The notes beneath the pieces are model-generated. The model was not told where the DNA came from and did not search any database. It saw only the letters and a list, made by a program, of their open reading frames with translations. Of a stretch of 64,000 nt of DNA, positions 55,786-64,000 are shown piece by piece. Numbering within the stretch: the first letter of the stretch is position 1; every line of letters begins with the position of its first letter. Made by a program: the position numbers and the translations under genes. The stretch spans positions 160,001 to 224,000 of the forward strand of contig CAVOID010000003.1 of assembly GCA_963695875.1 (NCBI GenBank), written 5' to 3'. The stretch comes from an uncultured delta proteobacterium. GTDB taxonomy: Bacteria; Desulfobacterota; Syntrophia; Syntrophales; UBA2185.

Positions 55786-56025
55786 TCAGAAATCTATTTA
55801 CAGTGGCTGATATTGTCAAAAACGAAATGATTATTATATTATCAATGACATCGCGAAAAGTTCCCCGGCATGCTCGGGGCAAGCATATTAGAGTTTAATC
55901 CCTGCATACGCATGATAAATCTTTAATGCAATAGAGCTTTTTATGTTGTCATCCTAAAATTTATCGTTCAGCGATTTTTGCGAGTTCATCATTATTGAAA
56001 AAGATCGAGTTGATAAGGGGTATTT

Positions 56026-57141
56026 ATGGCATTTTCAACAGGAAACAATACATATCGGGAGAGCGCAGAAAAAATTGCAAAGTTATCTTTTGCTGTGGGT
56101 GTTTACCGTCCACCCAGCGAGGGCGGGAGCGCGTCACTACTCCTCAGGATTACGGAGAATTGCCCGTGGAATAAATGTACCTTTTGCGAAATGTACAAGG
56201 GGCATCCCTTTGTGTATCGTAGCGTAGAAGACATCAAAGCCGATATCGATACCGTGAAGGCCATCAGCGATGAACTTACAGCCGTCTCCGGGAAAATGGG
56301 GCAGGGTGGCCGAATCACCAGAGAGGTGGGAATGGCTATTTTGCGGGCCGATCCTTCTCTTAATGACAACTATTGCTTCATCACCGTTTTCAACTGGCTC
56401 CATTCAGGAGGCAAGACGGCCTTTCTGCAGGATGCCGACAGCATGATCATGCGGCCGCATGAGATCATAGAAGTGCTCAAGCATCTGCGGGGAACGTTAA
56501 AAACACTTACCAGGGTGACCTCCTACACCCGTTCCAAGACACTGGCTCAGAGAAAGCCGGAAGAGTTAAAGGCTATCAGGGAAGCGGGCCTTGATCGTCT
56601 TCATGTTGGTCTGGAAACAGGAGATGACGAATTGTTGGGTATTGTCCGCAAAGGTGTGACTAGCGCCGAACAGATTGATGGTGGTAAAAAGGCCATGGCT
56701 GCGGGCTTTCAACTTTCCGAATACTGGATGCCCGGTCTGGGCGGCAGTGAACGCTGGCGGCAGCATGCGGAAAATACTGCCCGTGTCCTCACAGCCATCA
56801 ATCCAGACTACATTAGGTCCCGTCCCTTTGTTCCCAGATGCGGAACGCCGATTTTTGAGGATTATGAGCAGGGAAGGCTGAACCTCACTTCACCGCATGA
56901 GCGTCTTGAAGAGTTACGGGTGATGATCGAAGGGCTGAATGTGACCTCGCGTGTCTGCTTTGACCACAACATGAATTCCTGGACAAACAGACGTGGCGGT
57001 CTGCTCTTCCATCAGGATTATGAAGGCTATAAGTTCCCTGAAGAAAAACCGCTTGTTCTGGAACTGATTCGTGAAGGTCTTTCTATAGACGAATCAAGGC
57101 ACATTGATGTAAAAGATCTCATCGCCATGAAATCTCTGTGA
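56026..57141 (+). CDS. Radical SAM protein
   Basis: YRPPSE, CPWNKCTFC (Cx4Cx2C), FLQDAD, HVGLETG, DH. Confidence 0.88.
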   Translation: MAFSTGNNTYRESAEKIAKLSFAVGVYRPPSEGGSASLLLRITENCPWNKCTFCEMYKGHPFVYRSVEDIKADIDTVKAISDELTAVSGKMGQGGRITREVGMAILRADPSLNDNYCFITVFNWLHSGGKTAFLQDADSMIMRPHEIIEVLKHLRGTLKTLTRVTSYTRSKTLAQRKPEELKAIREAGLDRLHVGLETGDDELLGIVRKGVTSAEQIDGGKKAMAAGFQLSEYWMPGLGGSERWRQHAENTARVLTAINPDYIRSRPFVPRCGTPIFEDYEQGRLNLTSPHERLEELRVMIEGLNVTSRVCFDHNMNSWTNRRGGLLFHQDYEGYKFPEEKPLVLELIREGLSIDESRHIDVKDLIAMKSL

Positions 57142-57630
57142 TTACCGGGACAATGTCTGCAATGATGATTTAGGGATAAGAAGAATATTTTAGCTAGTCA
57201 ATAATTTGTTGCAGGCATGAAATAAAACAAAAAGGCAATCTATTTACCTTGTCCGTGGTCAATTCCGTGAAGTTCTTCCTGTTATATAGTAAGCAACGCC
57301 GGACATTGGATATCGAACCTTTCAAATACTATCGTTCGTATCCAACTATCGGTCCAGTTTATTGATTACAGGATCAAAGGGGTAAAAGCCTGAACCGTTT
57401 ATTTATCCGCGCAAGAAGAAAGTGAATATCTTCCTATAATGTTTTTTTTCTAATCTTGCTCTTCCATACAACCTTTCAAATAGGAATCATCAAAATGCCT
57501 GTTTAAGATAGTTCTTGACAAAAAGACCATGGCAGGCGTTCAATATCAACAACATCTTGAATAAGATGACTGGCAGCCGAGTCAAACCGTCCAGCACCTA
57601 TTGAAAGACTTCTTCGATTGATGATTGAAA

Positions 57631-57663
57631 CCCGTCTCTCAGAAGAGAGGCTGTTTTTTATTT
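57631..57663 (+). terminator. Terminator-like hairpin 35 nt upstream of the DUF374 gene
   Basis: GTCTCTC-AGAA-GAGAGGC followed by TGTTTTTTATTT. Confidence 0.55.
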
Positions 57664-57697
57664 CCGTAGTTTTTCATGAGAATAGGGGATTCTGCCC

Positions 57698-58387
57698 ATG
57701 CCTTCTATATTTAGAAAGATCGTAAGGACAAGGTTGTTCCATTCTTTTCTTTACCGCTTTATTCGCCTCTACAGCGCGACGTTCAGGATTCAGGTCGAAA
57801 ACGAAAAAGAATGGATGGACCATCTCAGGAACGGCGGCAGGGTCGTGTTATGCACCTGGCATCAGCAATTTTTCGCGATAATCCGACATTTCCAGACCTA
57901 TAGAAACTTCAAACCCTCCCTGATGATCAGCAAGAGTTCCGACGGCGAGATCGTCGCTGGTGTGGCCGAGAGAAGCGGTTGGCATGCAGTCCGGGGTTCT
58001 TCTTCGCGAGACGGAAGAGAGGCCTTGAAGAAAATGATTCACCGATTAAGTCAATCAGGACTGGCCGTTCATATCGTTGACGGTCCCAAGGGGCCGGCAG
58101 GAATCGTGAAGGCGGGGGTGATTAAGCTGGCTCACGCTGCCGATGCGGTCATTATTCCCTTTTATACCTCTGCCGACAGGGCCTGGTATTTCAACAGCTG
58201 GGACAACTTTTTTCTGCCCAAGCCCTTTGCCAGGGTCGTCATCTCCTTCGGGAATATGATCAAACTGGCGCCCGCCGCAGACGCGATCACCTTCGAACGT
58301 CAAAGGCTTGACCTGGAACGGATAATGGTTCCTGAGTTGAGAGTAAACCCCGTCAAGAAATCATCATACTGTAAGGAGCCTTGTTAA
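57698..58387 (+). CDS. DUF374 / lysophospholipid acyltransferase family protein
   Basis: WH, ISKSSDGE, VRGSSSR, DGPKGP, SWDNFFLPKPF. Confidence 0.85.
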   Translation: MPSIFRKIVRTRLFHSFLYRFIRLYSATFRIQVENEKEWMDHLRNGGRVVLCTWHQQFFAIIRHFQTYRNFKPSLMISKSSDGEIVAGVAERSGWHAVRGSSSRDGREALKKMIHRLSQSGLAVHIVDGPKGPAGIVKAGVIKLAHAADAVIIPFYTSADRAWYFNSWDNFFLPKPFARVVISFGNMIKLAPAADAITFERQRLDLERIMVPELRVNPVKKSSYCKEPC

Positions 58388-58737
58388 GCCATGTTCCTAT
58401 CTGTTTGATACACACTTTCAACTGGTAAAAATCAACCTTATATTAAGTGCTGCATGCATGACCTGTAGGTGGCACCAATAACCGGCGTATTTCATTTTTT
58501 CATCGCGCTCGTGAGCATAACGGGATGAAAGCTGCTACACAAACGCATCAACCACAAGTCTCTTCATGCTTTTCAGTTTTTTTGTAATAACTTTCATGCA
58601 TGATTCACAATCTATGTCTTTTACTAGGACTAACGGTTCGAAAGAATGTATGGATTTTTTTATTTGAAATAAAGATATAGTGGGAGTAAATAGAATCTCA
58701 CATTATGGGGAACCATTGTACTGATAGGGGGGAAACC

Positions 58738-59173
58738 ATGTCTGATTATCCGGCGTACCTCCGGAGGCTGCAATCCGGGGAAAAAGGCCTGAACCCATTT
58801 CTGGATTTTTTCGGAATAATCATGGAAGAGCTGAAGGAGGGATATGCGCGGTTCCGTATGCCGGTCCGCCCGGAGTATATTCAGGTAGCCGGTATCATGC
58901 AGGGTGGGGTTATCGTGGCGATGGCGGACGAAGCGATCTGCCCATGCCATCATGACCGTTCTTAAACCTGGTACTGAACTTACCACTATAGAGTTAAAAA
59001 GTAATTTTCTTGCCCCTGTTCGGGATGGAGAGATTACTGCGGAAGCTACCGTGTTCAAGAGAGGACGGACATTGATCATAGGCGATTGCCTGGTTATGAA
59101 TGGAGATGACAGGGAAGTGTTGCGCTGTTCGGCCACTTTCCTGGCATTCCCGGATAAGAAGAATAGTAAATAA
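58738..59173 (+). CDS. PaaI family thioesterase (frameshift near 58940)
   Basis: MQGGVIVAMADEA, TTIELKSNFLAP, KRGRT. Confidence 0.85.
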
Positions 59174-59692
59174 TGGCCGAATATATAATCCGCCCTTGTG
59201 AAGATAGCGCGTTCGAAACCATGTATGCTATTATCAATGATGCCGCGCAGGCGTACCGGGGGATCATCCCGGCGGACCGCTGGAAAGAACCGTACATGCC
59301 ACGGGAAGAACTGCGGCATGAAATCGATGAGGGGGTCGTATTCTGGGGATATGAAGAAAATGGAGAGCTTCTTGGCGTGATGGGCATACAGGATGTCCAG
59401 GATGTCACATTGATGAGGCACGCCTACGTGCGCACGGAGAGACGAAACCAGGGTATCGGCGGGAAAATTACTGTCGGTGCTTCGGGAGAAAACCACGCGT
59501 CCCGTCTTAATCGGCACCTGGGCGGCGGCGGTCTGGGCGGTTCGTTTCTATGAAAAGCATGGCTTCCGTCTGGTTACTCCGGAAGAGAAGGATCGCTTGT
59601 TGAAAAAATACTGGTCGATTCCGGAACGTCAGGTAGAAACATCCGTGGTTCTTGCGGACCGGCGCTGGTTCGATATGAGGGGGAGTAGAATC
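59173..59692 (+). CDS. GNAT N-acetyltransferase (frameshift near 59470)
   Basis: RHAYVR, RNQGIG, LIGTWAAA.WAVRFYEKHGF. Confidence 0.85.
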
Positions 59693-60179
59693 GTGATACC
59701 GATAGTGTCCATAGTAGGTCGATCAAATACGGGAAAGACAACCCTGATTGAAAAAATGATACCGGAATTAAGGCGGAGGGGCTATCGGGTGGCGACGATC
59801 AAGCACAATATCCACGGTTTTGACATCGATCATGAAGGGAAGGACAGTTGGCGGCACAAGAAAGCGGGTGCGCAGATGACGGTCATCGCATCCCCCCATC
59901 AGGTCGCCGTTGTTGAAGATGTAAACAGAGACTATGAATTATCGGAACTGAGGGATCACTATATCCGGGATGTCGATATTATCCTGTCGGAAGGCTTTAA
60001 AAAAAATCCCCATCCCAAAATCGAGGTCTGTCCGGTCGGGACTGAAACATGACCCCCTCTGCACCAGAGAGGACAATCTCATCGCCATTATGAGCGACCG
60101 GCCGGTGGACAGAGGCGTTCCCTGTCTGGATATCAATGACGTGGCTGGTCTTGCGAGTCTTATTGAGAGAAATTTTTAA
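59693..60179 (+). CDS. mobB: Molybdopterin-guanine dinucleotide biosynthesis protein B
   Basis: GRSNTGKTT, VATIKH, DHEGKDS.RH..AGA, EGFK..PHPKIEV; frameshift near 60030. Confidence 0.88.
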
Positions 60180-60925
60180 CTAACCGCAATTCTGACGGGG
60201 GTTATAAGGATTGCCGTGAGTACTGCGACTGTTCTCACGGCAACGTGGCTGTCTATCTAATATGGTAAAGGCATACGCCGTAAACATGCCATCATGGCTC
60301 AGGCTGATATCGGTATCATTCCGTCTGCCATTTAAATATACGAAAGGGAGGTTGCAGGCCGTGAGATCCTTTCTCCCTGCGGATTTCAATGCCTTCCGGA
60401 CTCTCGTCAACATATGCCGAGAGATGTTTCTTCAGTGCCTCACGCACACACAATGATTCATACGTCGGGCGAAGCTTCGGAACGGGACTGTATCCGGTCC
60501 ACGTGCCAGACAACGGCATCTGTCGTTTCTAAAGGAACCGTGGCGCCGACACAATGCACGTAATCGCGCGTGATAAAAATCCTTATATGGATATTGGCCG
60601 TACGGGGTATCCACGGTACCGGAGATAGCACAGTCTTCACCTGAAACATTCAACCGATTCATGAGAAATATCTTTCCAATCCAGACGTACTTCATACAAC
60701 CGGGGCGTGGATGAGGCTGATGGATGGCACTTGCTGATAATCTTGTATGCCGTTTCCTTGCCCGCCCACAGAGCCCAGATTATGGTGTCCGGGTTGGTGG
60801 AATTGAATATCTGTTTTTGCTCACTGAGGGTAAAGACGCGGTTGACGAATCGCAGATTCCGGCTCTTCCCCATGTTGTGCGGATCGGTCAGATCCACTAT
60901 GTCGTTGCCGATGTGAAGTAAAATA
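60180..60925 (-). CDS. 4'-phosphopantetheinyl transferase (frameshifted)
   Basis: IGNDIVDL, WAGKETAYK, ISLSHDG; start approximate. Confidence 0.82.
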
Positions 60926-61653
60926 GACTTCCTCCATGTGTGCCAGTTTTTTGATAATCTGCTCCGCATAGAACCGTTGCGCCCGGAGGCCGTTTTCTTC
61001 TGTGTAGCTCCGGCTGTAATACTTCCACATTGACGTTGAAACGTTCACCGAACCTGGGGATGAATCCATAGGTGTGTTGACCATCCCCGCGGAGATAGAT
61101 GCACATAATCTTGCAGTCTTCGAAATCTTTGACAAAGCGGCCCACACCGTAGGAATAACCTTCGGTATTCACCCGTGCCGGTCCGGGAACGCCCTCCCTC
61201 CGGGAAAATCAGAATAGGCTGATTCCATTCCAGAAGAGCGTTGCATTTGTCAAGCGTTTTTTTCATTTCCTCGCGGTCGCCGCCACGATTGATGGGAATG
61301 CATTTCGCACAGATAACAAAGAATTGCCAGGAAGATATTTCGTTGAAAATTATTCCTTTCCGGCAAATTCCACGGAAGCTGTCGATATTGCAGAAGATGA
61401 CGCGGCAATGAATACAGCGCATATGAGATAATACATGGAATCAATCATGGTGAGGTGATTGGCGCAGATGATCCATGGCCCTTCATGAGTTCTCTGAAGT
61501 GCCGAGCGCATTCCTGTCTGATCTTCCGTAAATTCCTCACCCGGTATCCCATTAACCGGATAATGGCAAAGTAGAGCGGGCCGAGGACAAATATTGCAAC
61601 CCTGCCCAGGATGTATTGAATGAGCAGAGAGCCCTGGCGTCATCTGTCTTCAT
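60821..61653 (-). CDS. PlsC-type acyltransferase (frameshifted)
   Basis: ANHLTMID (HxxxxD), PINRGG, IFPEGGRS. Confidence 0.82.
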
Positions 61654-61663
61654 ATACTTGGTC

Positions 61664-61912
61664 TTATCCCAATTTAGTTTTGATAATGATGACGGCGTCT
61701 CCGATGGTTCCGATCTTATCGGCCTCATCATCTTCGACGGTAATACCGAAGGTGTCTTCACACTTTATGATGACGTCTACCAGCCGTGCGGAATTAACCT
61801 TCAGGTCATTCAGGATGTGCGTATCCTTTGTCGCCTTGTCCAAAAGGCTCGGGTCCTTTGTGTAAAGTCTGAGAATGTCGAGCATTTTGTTAAAAATAGT
61901 CTGTTCATCCAT
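61664..61912 (-). CDS. Acyl carrier protein
   Basis: Acidic 82-aa protein; LKVNSARLVD (Ppant Ser), EDTFGI, TIGDAV. Confidence 0.9.
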   Translation of the reverse strand: MDEQTIFNKMLDILRLYTKDPSLLDKATKDTHILNDLKVNSARLVDVIIKCEDTFGITVEDDEADKIGTIGDAVIIIKTKLG

Positions 61913-61915
61913 CTT

Positions 61916-63210
61916 TTAATAACTCCTTTGATTATTATTCCATTTTTTAAATATCAAACAGCTGTTCACATCGCCGAAACCGAAACCGGCCTTGGCAATG
62001 ATGCGTAACTCGGGATAGTCCATGCACTTTTGCGGTACTTTATCTTCAAATTCGGCAATATCGGGGTGGATATCCTCGCAGTTGGCGGACGGATGGAGGA
62101 ATCTCTTGTATAATTGCAGTACGACGGCAACACTCTCGATGGCCCCTGCCGCCCCTAAACAATGGCCGACCAATGATTTTGTGGAATTGATATAGGGAAA
62201 ATTCTTGGGACCGCGTTCCAGGGCTACCGACCAGTTTTTCACTTCATAGGGGATCGGCAAAAGTAGCCGTCAAGTGACCGTTAATCGCATCGATCTCGCC
62301 AGGTGTAATACCGGCATCTGATACGGCGGCTCTAATACAGCGCTTGACGCCTTCAGGATTCGGCGCGGTTATGGAACCACCCATGCGGTGTCCGCCGCAA
62401 TTCACGGCGCCTCCAAGCACTTCCGCGTAAATCTTTGCCCCGCGCTCCAGGGCGGATTCCAGATCTTCCAGAACCAGGACCGCCGCCCCCGAACCGGGCA
62501 CAAAACCGCTTGCCGTAGCACTCATGGGCCGTGACGCCGCTTCCGGTTGATCATTGAATTTCCGGCAGATGACGCGCATGGCATCGAATCCGGCCCAGAT
62601 ATAGGGAGATGCCCCCTCAGATCCGCCGGCCAGCATACGTTTGGCCAGACCCGTACGTATTCTCCACAATGCTTCGATGACCGCTTCGTTCCCCGTGCTG
62701 CAGGCGGACGAATTTGAAGTCACCTGGTTTCCCAGTGCCAGCAAACCGGCGATACGGGCGCTGGTGCCGCTATTCATAACCTGTTCAACGATACGGCTTC
62801 CCATGCGGCGCACCTTTCCTTCGTTGACCATGGGAACCACAGTCTTGGCGATGGTATCCATGCCGCCGATGCCGGAGCCGACAATCACACCTGTGTCCCA
62901 GTCCACGTTGTCGTCCTCGGAAGTCGGGTACGGTAAAACCGGCGTCTGTCCAGGCATCCACTGCGCAGACGGACGCGTATCCGATATTGTCATTGAGGGA
63001 CATCAATTTTTCATGATCGAAGTAACTCTTGCGAATTGTATCAAAATCCTGAGGAACACCGCCAATCTGGCAGGCAAAGTTCAATTCCTTCAGCTCAGGG
63101 ATAAAACGGATGCCCGAGCGGCCTTCCCGCAGGGCCTCTTCAAAGTTATTCAAACCATGGGCGTTGGGGGCTGCTACCCCCATTCCCGTTATAACTACTC
63201 TTCTTTTCAC
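61916..63210 (-). CDS. Beta-ketoacyl-ACP synthase (FabF-like), frameshifted
   Basis: RRVVITGMG, SSACSTG (Cys), NGHLTAT (His), KSLVGHCLGAAG (His), FGFG. Confidence 0.9.
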
Positions 63211-63243
63211 CTTACACGTAATCCTCCATAAAACCATTTAATG

Positions 63244-63720
63244 CTAAATGCGGGAAGGGACTCCCCTGCCGGCCAGCGTGCCGGAACTTACTGTTTCACC
63301 ATTTTCCCTTTCCATGCTGACCTTTGATTTCAAATTTCCCATGCGGAAATAGACTTTTTGACCTCTGATGATTACCCGCTCACCGGGATGTACAATGCCG
63401 GTAAACTCCACCCCTTCGGCGAGGGTAAAAAGCGTCATCATCTCCTTCATTGACTCAAGGGGTATTCTTCTTTGCTTCATATTAAGATATAGACCAAAGG
63501 CAACAACTCCCGTTTGCGCCATTGTTTCGATAAGAATGACACCCGGCGTGATCGGTTGGCCGGGGAAATGTCCCTGATAAAAATACTCATCCTCACGAAA
63601 ACGGTACGCACCCACGATATGTTCATCATCCAGTTCCAGTATCTCGTCGATAAAACGAAAGGGGTATTGCTGGGGAACGCTATTCAGAATCCGGACCATC
63701 GTGTCCCGATCAGCCGCCAT
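63244..63720 (-). CDS. 3-hydroxyacyl-ACP dehydratase (FabZ/FabA-like)
   Basis: PFRFIDEI, GHFPGQPITPGVILIETMAQ. Confidence 0.9.
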   Translation of the reverse strand: MAADRDTMVRILNSVPQQYPFRFIDEILELDDEHIVGAYRFREDEYFYQGHFPGQPITPGVILIETMAQTGVVAFGLYLNMKQRRIPLESMKEMMTLFTLAEGVEFTGIVHPGERVIIRGQKVYFRMGNLKSKVSMERENGETVSSGTLAGRGVPSRI

Positions 63721-64000
63721 AGAGTCCTCCGTTCACATGGATGACGCTTCCGGATATGTATGAGCCGCGCGTGGCGAGAAATGCGACCACTTCGGCTACC
63801 TCCTCGGGGCGTCCTATACGGTTCAAAGTAATATTGTCAAGGATTCTTTTTTGCACCTCTTCGGGAAGAGCCTGTGTCATCTCTGTTTCAATAAATCCCG
63901 GAGCAACGGAATTGACAAGGATATTACGCCCGGCTAATTCTTTCGACAGGGATTTTGTAAAGGCATCAAGGGCCGCCTTTTCCATGGTGTAAGGAATCTG
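63710..64000 (-). CDS. 3-oxoacyl-ACP reductase (FabG-like), C-terminal part
   Basis: FTKSLSKE, VNSVAPGFIET, RIGRPEEVA, VNGG. Confidence 0.88.
   Translation of the reverse strand, partial: QIPYTMEKAALDAFTKSLSKELAGRNILVNSVAPGFIETEMTQALPEEVQKRILDNITLNRIGRPEEVAEVVAFLATRGSYISGSVIHVNGGLYGG

Noticed and set aside
59477..60052. Apparent GNAT-MobB fusion
   Set aside because: The junction has a G-run, an RBS-like GGGAG, a TAG one frame off and a GTG start. One extra G separates the genes, which fits the assembly's indel pattern.

Overview
Chromosomal window from an anaerobic bacterium. Gene content and style suggest a Syntrophales/Desulfobacterota-like deltaproteobacterium, but that is inference only. 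Many conserved genes (gatCAB, ilvB, thiolase, RND pump, fabF) are split by apparent 1-nt indels, which points to an unpolished long-read or MAG assembly rather than real pseudogenes. Content, left to right: an ilvB-ilvN-ilvB cluster with two separate leader-peptide attenuators; PBP1A; tatC/tatA(B); HDAC; gatCAB; mtnA; HlyIII; Tex; PBP1B with a TPR lipoprotein; cspA; SLT; ABC-F; PfkB kinase; beta-oxidation genes; DUF362; a GH13 enzyme resembling the eukaryotic glycogen-debranching transferase domain; a QseEGF/GlrKR-like triad with a downstream sigma54 promoter; an RND pump; a radical SAM protein; mobB; and an accessory type II FAS-like cluster. The most unusual element is an intact 1802-aa stand-alone protein combining an HExxH domain, a VWA/MIDAS domain, about 10 HEAT-like repeats and two midasin (Rea1)-like AAA+ modules. 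No rRNA, tRNA, CRISPR array or transposase was seen. Several REP/MITE-like dispersed repeats are present. All family assignments come from motif recognition by eye; no database search was run.
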